A DNA stretch of 64,000 nucleotides from Eledone cirrhosa. Lineage: Eukaryota. The stretch covers positions 383,904,001-383,968,000 of the forward strand of contig OZ024741.1 of NCBI GenBank assembly GCA_964016885.1, in the 5' to 3' direction. Each line of letters starts with the position of its first letter. Position 1 is the stretch's first letter. The notes below the pieces were generated by a model, which had not been told where the DNA came from, ran no database searches, and saw nothing but the letters and a program-made list of their open reading frames with translations. This document shows, piece after piece, positions 1 through 18,844 of this stretch. A program made the translations under genes and the position numbers.

Positions 1-121
1 ATATATATATATTATATATATATATATTATATATATATATTATATATATATATATTATAAATATATATATATAATATATATATATTATAAATATATATAT
101 ATAATATATATAAATATATGT

Positions 122-166
<45 letters not shown>

Positions 167-292
167 TATATATATATAATATATATATATATATACTATA
201 TATATATATATACTATATATATATATATATATTATATATATATAATATATATATATTATATATAATATATATTATATATATATTTATAATAT

Positions 293-345
<53 letters not shown>

Positions 346-366
346 ATATATATATATAATATATAT

Positions 367-399
<33 letters not shown>

Positions 400-441
400 T
401 TATAATATATATATATATAATATAAATATATATATATATAC

Positions 442-485
<44 letters not shown>

Positions 486-660
486 TTATAATATTATATA
501 TATATTTATAATATATATATATATAATATATATTATATATATATATATATATATAATATATATATATATGTATAATATATATATATGTATAATATATATA
601 TATATATAATATATATAATATATATATATATATAATATATATAATATATATATATATATA

Positions 661-711
<51 letters not shown>

Positions 712-898
712 TATATATATAATATATATATATAATATATATTTATATATATAATATATATATATTATATATATAATATATATATATAATATATATTTAT
801 ATATATAATATATATATTTATATATATAATATATATATATAATATATAATATATATATATAATATATATAGAATATATATATATATAATATATATAAT
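1..898. repeat. (TA)n microsatellite with TAA/TTA interruptions
   Basis: Almost pure alternating TA; source of spurious Y/I ORFs. Confidence 0.98.
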
Positions 899-1041
899 AG
901 AGGAAGACCAAGGTTAACGTATGTTGATGCCCTAAGTACAGACACTGGTCTGTTGGAGACGCAGGACATGGCAGCGATAATGAATGACAGAGACCGCTGG
1001 AGAGAACTCGTCCATGGATCTCGAAATTTTACCCGCCTTAG

Positions 1042-1042
<1 letters not shown>
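899..1042 (+). mobile_element. 3' tip of an RTE-like LINE (5'-truncated) inside TA array
   Basis: Translates [40 protein letters not shown], typical LINE ORF2 C-terminus (GRP...DR..WR); near-identical to reverse complement of ~16831-16975. Confidence 0.85.
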
Positions 1043-2840
<1,798 letters not shown>

Positions 2841-3048
2841 CTCATATATAGACAGGGACTGTAACGTGAAGTTACAGTAGGTTCACCCAGTTGAACACTC
2901 GATGTTTAGGTTCAGTCAGTATCGAGGTGTTAGAGCCAAAGTCGGACCAGATCGATACAGATCGAACCTTGAGTTGATCAATAGCGAAACGCGAGTCACC
3001 AACAAATAAACGTAATGGAGGCTTAACCATTCGTCCTTGTATTATTAT

Positions 3049-3206
3049 GCGGTGGATTGCCAGTATCGCACGTCAGACTCCATGCTTTGCAGCATAGAGT
3101 TATGACACTTTATGTTCTGAGTTCAAATCCCGCCGATATTAACTTTCCCTTTCCTCCTTACGGGGAGCACTGGGTAATTGCTGGCCTTGTGCCAAAAGTA
3201 GAAACA

Positions 3207-3212
<6 letters not shown>
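3049..3212 (+). mobile_element. tRNA-derived SINE (Nin/Deu-like central domain family), internally deleted
   Basis: B-box GAGTTCAAATCCC, tail CTGGCCTTGTGCCAAAAGTAGAAACAATTA shared with copies at 21882, 27176, 34878, 39688. Confidence 0.8.
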
Positions 3213-3246
<34 letters not shown>

Positions 3247-3320
3247 ATAAATATATATGTGTTTTGCAACGGGTCACTTTGTTGCTCAATGAAAATTAAT
3301 AAATTAAATAATCAGAGCTA

Positions 3321-5199
<1,879 letters not shown>

Positions 5200-5611
5200 A
5201 TTTCTGCACTACCTCAGGTTTTATAGACGGTCTGGGTCTGTATTCTGGGTCTATGTTTTTTCTGTCAACGAAATGTGTAGTTAAATCCGTGTCACCTACC
5301 GCGTGACTCATACACATTAAAGCCATTAATTAAGAAATTAATCCTGGTATATCATCTACAACAACAAAAACTACTACTACTACTACTACTACTAGTAGAA
5401 GTAGTAGTAGTAGTAGTGAAGTAGTAGTAGTAGTAGTAGTAGTATATGTCTGGTATATTATTTTATCGATTCCAGAAACATAAACTACAATGAAGACCCA
5501 TGGTCATGATATCAGATCATTGCAAAGAGTATTAACAGTTAGTTATAAGTGAAATCTATTTGTTTCGACTCACTAAAATACTTACATGTTTCTTTATAAC
5601 ATTGCTTTGTA

Positions 5612-5811
5612 NNNNNNNNNNNNNNNNNNNNNNNNNNNNNNNNNNNNNNNNNNNNNNNNNNNNNNNNNNNNNNNNNNNNNNNNNNNNNNNNNNNNNNNNN
5701 NNNNNNNNNNNNNNNNNNNNNNNNNNNNNNNNNNNNNNNNNNNNNNNNNNNNNNNNNNNNNNNNNNNNNNNNNNNNNNNNNNNNNNNNNNNNNNNNNNNN
5801 NNNNNNNNNNN
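5612..5811. other. Assembly gap (200 N)
   Basis: Run of N; sequences either side may not be truly adjacent. Confidence 1.
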
Positions 5812-7968
5812 GACGCTGATAAGAAGGTAGCTTGGAAGTGTCACTATGAAAGGCTACTAAATGAGGAGAATAAATGGGAGAAAGACAGTCTCCCCCATAT
5901 CGACCCAATAGAGGGACCAGCAGTGTTAGTCGAGGGGAGTATAATAAGTAAGGCAATCAAGGATATGAAGACGGGTAAGGCGGCTGGGCCTTCGGAAATA
6001 GTTGCTGAGATGCTGAAGGCATCTGGCACGGTGGGACACACCATGGTCACCCGCATAGTTAACCAAGTCGTACAGAATGGGGTTGTTCCGAAGGACTGGC
6101 ATAGCAGCAGCATCGTTAACTGTTGTAAGGGTAAAGGAGACGCCCTAGATAGGAGTAACTATAGAGGCATTAAATTAATCGACCAGGTCATGAAGGTCAC
6201 GGAAAAAGTAATAGTGCAACTAATCAGAGAGAGAATTGACCTAGATGAAATGCAGTTCGGGTTTGTGTCAGGCAAAAGTACCACAGACGCTCTTTTCATT
6301 GTACGACAACTATAGAAGTACCTAGCTAAAGGTAAACCCCTCTACTTAGCTTTTGTCGACTTGGAGAAAGCCTTCGACAGAGTCCCCCGCTCCATTATCT
6401 GGTGGGCTCTTAGAAAACTAGGCGTTGACGAATGGCTTGTGAGAGCTATACAAGCCATGTATAAAGAAACAGTCAGCAAGGTTAGAATTAACAACGAATA
6501 TAGCGAAGAGTTTAGCGTAAAAGTTGGCGTCCATCAGGGCTCTGTTCTCAGCCCCTACTATTTATTATTGCCCTTCAGGCTATAACAGAGGAGTTCAAGA
6601 CCGGCTGCCAATGGAAACTCCTATATGCAGACGACCTGACACTCATAGCGGAATCAATGGCCGAGCTAGAGAAGAAATTCCAAACATGGAAGCATGGCCT
6701 AGAATCAAAAGGACTTAAAATTAACCTGGCTAAGACTAAAGTTCTAGTTTGTAGGAAAGAAAATAAGGCGGCGGTCCCTTCTGGGAAATGGTCGTGCTCG
6801 GTGTGTAGGAAAGGCGTAGGTAGAAACTCCATTTTATGTCCTAAATGCAAAGTATGGGTGCATAAAAGATGTAGTGGGATCACAGGTAAGCTAACTAAGA
6901 ACATAGATTTTACATGTGGCCGGTGCTCTGGTGCAATAAGTAGCAGCAAGTGCCCAAAAATACTAGCTCTTTCAATTGCGCAGAGGGTTCTATAGAAATA
7001 GTCGACAGCTTCCGTTACCTGGGCGATAAAATCAGCAGTGGGGGAGGGTGCTCTGAAAGTACAGTAGCTAGAGTCAGAATTGGTTGGAAAAAGTTCAGAG
7101 AGCTTATACCACTATTAGCTGCTAAAGGGTTCTCCCTAAAATTGAAAGGCAGGTTGTACGATGCCTGCATACGAACAGCAATGTTGCATGGCAGTGAGAC
7201 CTGGGCATTGTGTGCAGAGGATATACGCAGACTAGAGAGGAACGAAGCTTGCATGCTCCGCTGGATGTGTAATAGTAATATACGTGAACGGCAAAGCATA
7301 AACGAACTAAGGAAAAAATAAGAAATAAGAGGGATCAGATGTTGTTTACTCGAGAGAAGGCTACGTTGGTATGGACACGTGATGCGCATGAAAGTCGATA
7401 GTTGTATAACAAAGTGCAGGGAAATAAAGATAGACGGTAGCCACGGAATAGGCAGAGCTAGAAAAACCTGGGACGAGCTGATAAACTCCGACCTCACACA
7501 CTTACACCTCTCCAAGACAATGTCACTGGACCGAGACCTTTGGCGGTACTCAGTAACGGAAGACCCGCCTTACCTAAATACATAGTAAAACCTACTACAG
7601 CCAGTAGGCATCTCTAACATAATACACCCCGTCCCACCACCACCACCCTCACCCCATCCACACCACCCCGTTCTATGTAAAGTTATGTTGGTGCCGCGCC
7701 ATCCAGGCCGAAACAAATGAGATCGTGTAGGTGTCACGACAAAAAAAACACACAGTCCACGCTGTAATGTGGCCGTGTAGGCAACACGGTAAAAACCTCC
7801 CAGACCCACACTGTAAATGTGGTTGGTGTTAGGAAGGGCATCCAACTGTAGAAAACCTGCCAGACAGTCCTATGCGAGCAAGACAATCACTCTTCCCTCA
7901 AGTGGGACTACCCCCGTCCAAACCCATGCAAGCGTGGAACACGGACGTTAAACGTTGATGATGATGAT
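5812..7968 (+). mobile_element. RTE-clade LINE, disrupted ORF2 (RT) plus 3' UTR and (GAT)n tail
   Basis: Motifs KTGKAAGP, NYRGIKL, QFGF..GKSTTDA, FVDLEKAFDRV, GVHQGSVLSP, YADD (6624-6635), FRYLG, HGSETW, RLRWYGHV; stops at 6313 and 7319, frameshifts near 6556 and 6958; ORF ends 7585; 5' part lost in gap. Confidence 0.95.
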
Positions 7969-8039
7969 ATACATATATATATATATGTATATATATATGT
8001 ATATATGTATATATATATGTATATATGTATATATATATG

Positions 8040-8086
<47 letters not shown>

Positions 8087-8460
8087 GTGTGTATATATAT
8101 ATGTATATATATATATATATATGTATACATATATGTATATATATATATATATGTATATATATATGTATATATATATGTATATATATGTATATATATATGT
8201 ATATATATATGTATATATATATATGTATATGTATATATATATGTATATGTATATATATATGTATATATATATATGTATATATATGTATATATATATGTAT
8301 ATATATATGTATATATATGTATATATATATATGTATATATATATATGTATATATATGTATATATATATATGTATATATGTATATATATATGTATATATAT
8401 ATATGTATATATATATGTATATATATATATGTATGTATATATATATATGTATATATATAT
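7969..8460. repeat. (TA)n/TATG microsatellite
   Basis: Direct inspection. Confidence 0.97.
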
Positions 8461-9034
8461 GTATCCCAGTACAACCTGTCCCATGGACGGGTCGTTGGCG
8501 ACTAAACTGGCAACCCCACCAAGGTTTCTTGGTGAGGAGGGTGACTTTGGACATCCTGCAGGACTAAAAACAAAACCTGTCAAAGGGCAAGGGAGCTCTT
8601 AAGAGTCAATAGCCATCCAAAATCACCGGGAGAGATGACCCCTTAGCCTTTGTCAAGGCAGAATTCTAGGAGAAGGAAAACTCTGATATAACACCTGCAA
8701 CCCTGACGGTATCCAATGATGTTGACTTGTTCTTCTTTTTGGTAAATATCATCTTGGTTAAGAGAGTGGGACTGGCTTTGTGCAGTGCCTTTGCTCACTA
8801 TAAAAGCTTCATGGCACAGGCATTGCCTTATATCTGGAGATCTCTCTGCACTTGTCGTCACATGGTACCAGGGGCCCAGCACTGTGTCAATAATTGTCAC
8901 AAGTGTAGTGTTTGTACCAGAGTTTTCAAGTCGCTGGCTGGACTAAAAAGTCACACTTGTTCAGCGCATCGGTAGGGGTTCTCCTACATGGATATAAAGT
9001 AGTGGACGTACTCGAAAACGAGTTTGCAGCCACC
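8461..9034 (+). mobile_element. Non-autonomous bipartite RTE-derived element 'X', copy 1 (slightly 5'-truncated)
   Basis: Four copies in window; contains RTE-5'-like GGAGAAGGAAAACTCTGA motif, remnant C2H2 finger [17 protein letters not shown] and terminal hairpin CTCG-AAAA-CGAG. Confidence 0.8.
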
Positions 9035-10387
<1,353 letters not shown>

Positions 10388-10613
10388 TAAACAATTAAGT
10401 TAAAAATGTACATCCACATATGTATACTGAAATACTAGTATGCATATGAATACACACACGTATACATATGTAGATGTACCGAGTTTTTCACTGGTCACTT
10501 TACCGTGAGTGTCCAGCTATTCTGTATGTAAACACACAGACAAACCGGTTTTTAGAGTCATACTGGTTTTTGAGGAAACACCTTTCCTCTATTCTCCAGA
10601 AAGTCAGACAAGG

Positions 10614-10658
10614 AATATTGAACTAGTTTCGATGTTGTTACATCTCATCAGCAATATT
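10614..10658 (-). ncRNA. Type I hammerhead ribozyme (minimal), copy 1
   Basis: Minus strand: AATATTG-CTGATGA-GATGT(AACA)ACATC-GAA-ACTAGT-T^CAATATT; 7-bp stem I, 5-bp stem II, palindromic stem III, GUU site. Confidence 0.88.
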
Positions 10659-11074
10659 TACCTATCTTCCGGCCTTTCTAGAGAATCGTAAAAGCACATA
10701 TCGTTATATGCTTTTTCTATGGAAATTAGTAGTGGGCAGACTAATTTGCATAGAGCGTGAGTACGTACCGGTTCAACGGAGACGATAAAAACAAATAACG
10801 AAACGAAATTAAATTTCGTTTCGAACTCACTTTTGTATGACTGACGCTTAAACAATTAAGTTAAAAATGTACATCCACATATGTATACTGAAATACTAGT
10901 ATGCATATGAATACACACACGTATACATATGTAAATGTACCGAGTTTTTCACTGGTCACTTTACTGTGAGTGTCCAGCTATTCTGTATGTAAACACACAG
11001 ACAAACCGGTTTTTAGAGTCATACTGGTTTTTGAGGAAACACCTTTCCTCTATTCTCCAGAAAGCCAGACAAGG

Positions 11075-11119
11075 AATATTGAACTAGTTTCGATGTTGTT
11101 ACATCTCATCAGCAATATT
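11075..11119 (-). ncRNA. Type I hammerhead ribozyme (minimal), copy 2
   Basis: Identical to 10614-10658, offset 461 bp. Confidence 0.88.
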
Positions 11120-11324
11120 TACCTATCTTCCGGCCTTTCTAGAGAATCGTAAAAGCACATATCGTTATATGCTTTTTCTATGAAAATTAGTAGTGGGCAG
11201 ACTAATTTGCATAGAGCGTGAGTACGTACCGGTTCAACGGAGACGATAAAAACAAATAACGAAACGAAATTAAATTTCGTTTCGAACTCACTTTTGTATG
11301 ACTGACGCTTAAACAATTAAGTTC

Positions 11325-11615
11325 AATATCATCTTGGTTAAGAGAGTGGGACTGGCTTTGTGCAGTGCCTTTGCTCACTATAAAAGCTTCACAGCACAGG
11401 CATTGCTTTATATCTGGAGATCTCTCTGCACTTGTCATCACATGGTACCATGGGCCCTGCACTATGTGTCAATAATGGTCACAAGTGTAGTCTTTGTACC
11501 AGAGTTTTCAAGTCGCTGGCTGGACTAAAAAGTCACATTCGTTCAGCGCATCGGTAGGGGTTCTCCTACATGATATAAAGTAGTGGCCGTACTCGAAAAC
11601 GAGTTGGCAGCCACC
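11325..11615 (+). mobile_element. Element X, copy 2 (3' half only)
   Basis: Matches ~8745-9034; abuts the 461-bp dimer. Confidence 0.85.
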
Positions 11616-11762
11616 ATATATATGTATATATATATGTATATATATATATATGTATATATGTATATATATATATATGTATGTATATATATATGTATATATA
11701 TGTATATATGTATATATATATGTATATATATGTATATATATATATATGTATGTATATATATG

Positions 11763-11793
<31 letters not shown>

Positions 11794-12046
11794 GTGTATA
11801 TATATATATATATATGTATGTATATATATATGTATATATATGTATATATATATATATGTATGTATATATATGTATATATATGTATATATATATATATGTA
11901 TGTATATATATGTATATATATATATATATGTATATATATATGTGTATATATATATATATGTATATATATGTATATATATATGTATATATATATGTATATA
12001 TATATATATATGTATATATATATGTATATATATATGTATATATATG

Positions 12047-12083
<37 letters not shown>

Positions 12084-12120
12084 GTATATATATGTATATA
12101 TATATATATGTATATATATG

Positions 12121-12151
<31 letters not shown>

Positions 12152-12246
12152 TTATATATATATATATGTATATATATGTATATATATATGTATATATATG
12201 TATATATATATGTATATATATGTATATATATATGTATATATATATG

Positions 12247-12343
<97 letters not shown>

Positions 12344-12366
12344 GTATATATATATGTATATATATG

Positions 12367-12397
<31 letters not shown>

Positions 12398-12584
12398 GTA
12401 TATATATGTATATATATATGTATGTATATATGTATATATATATGTATGTATATATATATGTATATATATATGTATGTATATATATATGTATATATATATA
12501 TGTATATATATATGTATATATATATATGTATATATATATATGTATATATATATGTATATATATATATATGTATATATATATATG

Positions 12585-12647
<63 letters not shown>

Positions 12648-12692
12648 GTATATATGTATATATGTATATATATATATATGTATATATATATG

Positions 12693-12723
<31 letters not shown>

Positions 12724-12724
12724 G

Positions 12725-12755
<31 letters not shown>

Positions 12756-12764
12756 GTATATATG

Positions 12765-12795
<31 letters not shown>

Positions 12796-12984
12796 GTATA
12801 TATATATATGTATATATATATATGTATATATATGTATGTATATATATTTGTATATATATATATGTATATATATGTATTTATATGTATGTATATATATTTG
12901 TATATATATATATGTATATATATACATATATATGTATGTATATATATTTGTATATATATATATGTATATATATACATATATATG

Positions 12985-13015
<31 letters not shown>

Positions 13016-13066
13016 GTATATTTATGTATATATATATATATGTATATATATGTATATATATACATA

Positions 13067-13109
<43 letters not shown>

Positions 13110-13110
13110 G

Positions 13111-13141
<31 letters not shown>

Positions 13142-13302
13142 GTATATATATACATGTATATGTATATATATGTATATATATACATATATATGTATATATA
13201 TATATATGTATATATATATGTATATATATACATGTATATGTATATATATACATATATATGTATATATATTTATGTATATATATATTTATGTATATATTTA
13301 TG
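11616..13302. repeat. (TA)n/TATG microsatellite
   Basis: Direct inspection. Confidence 0.97.
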
Positions 13303-13303
13303 T

Positions 13304-13647
13304 GGAGGCACATGGCTTAGTGGTTAGAGCATTGGCCTTGCAATCGAAAGGTTGTGAGTTCAATTCTCAGACCGGGTGATGTGTTGTTTCCTTGAGCAAG
13401 ACACTTTATTTCACATTGCTCCAGTTTACTCAGCTGTAGAAATGAGATGATAGGGACTGGGGTCCCTATCATTCATTCCACTGCAAAGTGGTCGTGGAGG
13501 TGCCACGGCAAAAAAGCACCCAGCACTCACTGTAAATGAGGTTGGTGTTAGGAAGGGCATCCAGCTGTAGAAATCAAGCCAAAATCAGTTCCCGTCCCAC
13601 CCTTGCAAGCAGGGAAAAGCGGACGTAAAATGAAATGATGAATGATG
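13304..13647 (+). mobile_element. tRNA-derived SINE with RTE-type 3' tail
   Basis: A-box TGGCTTAGTGG, B-box GAGTTCAATTC, body CCTTGAGCAAGACACTT, tail shared with RTE 3' UTR; other copies 38975, 47664, 54835. Confidence 0.92.
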
Positions 13648-14135
13648 TATATATATACATGTATATGTATATATATATTTATGTATATATGTATATATAT
13701 ACATATATATGTATATATATATTTATGTATATATGTATATATATACATATATATGTATATATATATTTATGTATATATATGTATATATATACATGTATAT
13801 GTATATATATATTTATGTATATATATGTATATATATACATGTATATGTATATATATATTTATGTATATATGTATATATATACATATATATGTATATATAT
13901 ATTTATGTATATATGTATATATATACATATATATGTATATATATATTTATGTATATATATGTATATATATACATATATATGTATATATATATTTATGTAT
14001 ATATATGTATATATATATACATATATATGTATATATATATTTATGTATATATGTATATATATACATATATATGTATATATATATTTATGTATATATGTAT
14101 ATATATACATATATATGTATATATATATTTATGTA

Positions 14136-14172
<37 letters not shown>

Positions 14173-14203
14173 AAATATGTATATATATGTATATATATAA
14201 TAT
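13648..14203. repeat. TA-derived minisatellite (TACATATATATG...TTTATG units)
   Basis: Regular higher-order repeat of ~34-36 bp. Confidence 0.9.
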
Positions 14204-14235
14204 AAGATCAAAAGATGGTTAAAGGAGTTCCATGT

Positions 14236-14304
14236 ATTTTATTATGCGCATTTCAAAAACAAACATCATCATGCAATAATATTTGTGTTTTCATCAGATA
14301 AAAC
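14236..14304 (-). ncRNA. Type I hammerhead ribozyme, solo copy
   Basis: Minus strand: GTTTTAT-CTGATGA-long stem II (AAACACAAATATTAT/ATGATGTTTGTTTTT)-GAA-ATGCGCAT-A^ATAAAAT; palindromic stem III, AUA site. Confidence 0.78.
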
Positions 14305-14359
14305 AGGAGAACATGATATGAAGGCTAAAAAACACTTGTGGATAGTGCAGTTTTAAATC

Positions 14360-15720
14360 AACATACTGAACTCCAACCAGCATGGATTCCGTAATGGAAG
14401 GGATTGACTGACGCAGCTACTGCATCACTTTGATGACATTTTGAGAGCCTTGGGGGAGGGTTCCAACACTGATGTTATCTACCTTGATTTCAGCAAGGCC
14501 TTTGACAGGGTTGATCATAACATTCTACTGAGAAAGCTGTCCAATATTGGTGTCACTGGAAAGCTGCTGCAGTGGATCAAGAGCTTCCTGTCAAACAGAA
14601 CCCAACATGTTGTAGTTGAGGGAGTCAAATCAAGCCCAGCCAAAGTCAGTAGTGGAGTCCCACAAGGCACTGTGTTGGGCCCACTTCTCTTCATCATCTA
14701 TATTAATGACATCACTGACATCATCAAACACAGCAACATTAAAATTTTCGCTGATGATTCCAAGCTCCAAAAGGTCATCAATGGCGTGGATGACCGGATA
14801 AGCCTTCAGTCAGACCTACTGGCTGTTACCCAATGGGCAGAAAAGAACAACATGTTACTGAACGAAGACAAATTCGAACTGATCCACTTTGGAAAAGAGG
14901 ATGCTCTGAAACTCCCGTACTCCCTTCCCTCCGGGGAAACTCTCGTGGCATCTAACAACATCAGAGACTTGGGAGTAACCGTGGACAGCAACATAAGCTG
15001 GACCACGCATATAAGCAGCAAAGTTGACATGGCCCGCAGAATGTGTTCCTGGATCCTCAGAACCTTCCAGTCGAGAGATTCCCGCACCATTATCCTTCTC
15101 TTCTCTACTTTTGCCCGACCAGACCTTGAATACTGTTGTCCACTGTGGTCTCCCCACACGAAACAAAGTATCATGAAACTTGAAGCTCCTCAAAGGGCAA
15201 TCACGAAAAAGATAGATGGCATGTCAGACCTTGACTACTGGGGTCGATTAGAAAACCTGAAACCTTACTCACTCCAACGTCGCCGTGAGCGTTATATTAT
15301 CTGCATGATGTGGAAAATGTTCCATCATCACTGCCCAAATGATGTTGGCATCGCCTTCAAGATACACCCAAGGCTTGGGCCCCGTGCTATCCGTCCCATT
15401 CAAAAATCTAAATCGCAACTCATAACAACAATACGGCACAATTATTTCACCTCAATCGGCCCTGCTCTCTTCAACATCACACCAGGACACGTCAAAACAG
15501 AAACTGACCACACAAAATTCAAGAAGTCTTTGGACAAATTCCTCCAAGTAATCCCGGACAAACCACCCACACCCGGATATGTCTCCGCAAACAGTAATTC
15601 TCTTCTCGAATGGGCCATGGTGCCCAAATCCTGAATTGAAAGACTTCGCCAGGTGGTGCTATTAAGTTAGACATGGCCTGGGCCAATACTGGCCAAAACA
15701 TTTCAAAGTTATTCAAAGTT
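14360..15720 (+). mobile_element. CR1-group LINE, 5'-truncated RT ORF and 3' UTR
   Basis: QHGFR, DVIYLDFSKAFDRVDH, SGVPQGTVLGPLLF, FADD, RDLGV, LEYCCPLWSP; open 14441-15634, one upstream stop at 14406; tail (TTCAAAGTTA) repeated. Confidence 0.93.
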
Positions 15721-16830
<1,110 letters not shown>

Positions 16831-17254
16831 CTAAGGTGGGTAAAATTCCTTAGATCCATGGATGAGTTCTCTCCAGCGGTCTCTGTCCCTCATTATCGCT
16901 GCCATGTCCTGCGTCTCCAACAAACCAGTGTCTGTCCTTTGGGCATCAACATACGTTAGCCTTTGTCTTCCTCTTCTAGTGTGTCCATGTAGGGGCTCCC
17001 AAAGCCGCACTGAGTGCAATGTCAACTCTGGATGTCGGTGAGCATGTCCAGCTAACCTCAGTCTCCTCTGTGTCACTTTTGAGCTGACTTTTGGGATGCT
17101 CCCATGCAGCTCTGAGTTTTTCATCCCCTTCATTGCTGTAGTGGAGTCTGTGCTGCTGTATGGGTCTGAGACCTGGACACTGACCAAGAAACTCACTCAG
17201 ATGGTGGATGGGTGCTACACGAGAATGGTGAGGATGGCTCTGAACATTAATCAG
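16831..17254 (-). mobile_element. RTE-like LINE 3' end with inverted 5' segment
   Basis: Minus 17124-16831 encodes [30 protein letters not shown]; plus 17129-17254 encodes the upstream [24 protein letters not shown]. Confidence 0.88.
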
Positions 17255-17430
17255 TATATATATATATATATATGTATATATATACATATATATGTATATA
17301 TGTATATATACATATATATACATATATATGTATATGTGTGTATATATATATATATATGTATATATATACATGATGATGATGATGATGATATAAATATATA
17401 TACACATATAGATATATGTATATATATGTG

Positions 17431-17558
<128 letters not shown>

Positions 17559-17602
17559 CATATGTATATATATATGTATATGTATATATATATATGTATA
17601 TG

Positions 17603-17633
<31 letters not shown>

Positions 17634-17640
17634 GTATATG

Positions 17641-17690
<50 letters not shown>

Positions 17691-18554
17691 TATGTAAATA
17701 ACATATAGTGGTAAGAAATTCTCAGGAGAGCTGGACAGAAGGTCTTCAGAGAAGAAACCCTACCTCATGCAAGTGTTTTGTCCCTTATACATACATACAC
17801 ACACACACACACATATATATCATATAGCTGATGTCACATACTGAGGTTAGATCTAGTTTGGTAGAAGTCTGGTAAGCAATTGACTTCATTAAAACATGTT
17901 ATTCCTGTGACTGACTTTTAGACTGTGAGTCTATATATTGTTGGATGTTCATGTATAAGAAGTTAGCAAACTCTTTTAAATGTTTCATCATCAAGCCATC
18001 ATCTCAAAATATGACTGCTTAATAGGGTCACATTGATTGCAATTTTTCATTTAATTATATAGTAGATAATAACATTTGTCTGCCAACCAAAAATAGGAAT
18101 AGTCATTCAGGATATTGTTAAAATAATCAATGGCTAATCAATATTCTAATCCTAATTCCACATCACATATATTTAGATTTCTAATCGAACATTTCCTCAA
18201 AAGATAATTTCACCTAATCTTACTATTATTTTCGAAATAATTGATATTAGATAAAATCAATTATATATTTTTTTAATATGTTCAATTTTTCATGTTATTT
18301 GTTATTTTCATTTTGAAGGCCTAGTTTATGAAAAATAATAATCTGCTCAATTAGAAATTATGAATAACTTTAGGCATTGATAAAAGACAGTTGTGGGTTG
18401 ACTAGATAAAAGCATGATTTTATGTATGACATGTCTACTGGCTTTCAAATTTTAGTTTATAAAATCATATAGAATTAGGAAAAATGATTATACACTTATA
18501 GAAGCAGTAATTAAATCCCCAAAATTGGTTTTACTGCTCTAAGAGATAAAATGT

Positions 18555-18844
18555 TTTAACAGACTTTAGCCATCTTTTACAGCTATTTTATTAGTCCTTT
18601 CTTTCTAATGAAAGACATTACCTATTACTTTTTATATTATTTTGAAAATAATCAAGAATTTTGGTTAATTTAGTAATATAACTAACATTCTCATTTAGCT
18701 AATGTTTGGAGCATAGCTTAACAAAAATTCTTACATAAAATTATAATGGAAGATTTTTAAATAGACATATAATCACATTAAAACAAAGGGTTTAGTATTA
18801 TATAACCATGAATGGTTTCAAGTAGTTTGCTACCTAAAGGATTA
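18555..18844. repeat. Old dispersed repeat (possibly piggyBac-type MITE); related copies ~38040-38270, ~41290-41545, ~51577-51860
   Basis: Shared degenerate block TTTGAAAATAATCAA...CTGATGTTTGGAACATAACTTAACAAAGG; ends near AAAGGATTAA. Confidence 0.5.

Larger units (their letters stand above)
10388..11323 (-). mobile_element. 461-bp tandem dimer (+14 bp) carrying hammerhead ribozymes; retrozyme/Penelope pLTR-like
   Basis: TAAACAATTAAGTT recurs at 10388, 10849, 11310; units differ at only a few positions; one hammerhead per unit. Confidence 0.85.

Noticed and set aside
5560-6315. 251-aa ORF spanning the gap
   Set aside because: Start lies across 200 Ns; only the part after 5812 is real LINE sequence
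13304-13376. tRNA gene
   Set aside because: tRNA-like head of a multi-copy SINE; no complete cloverleaf
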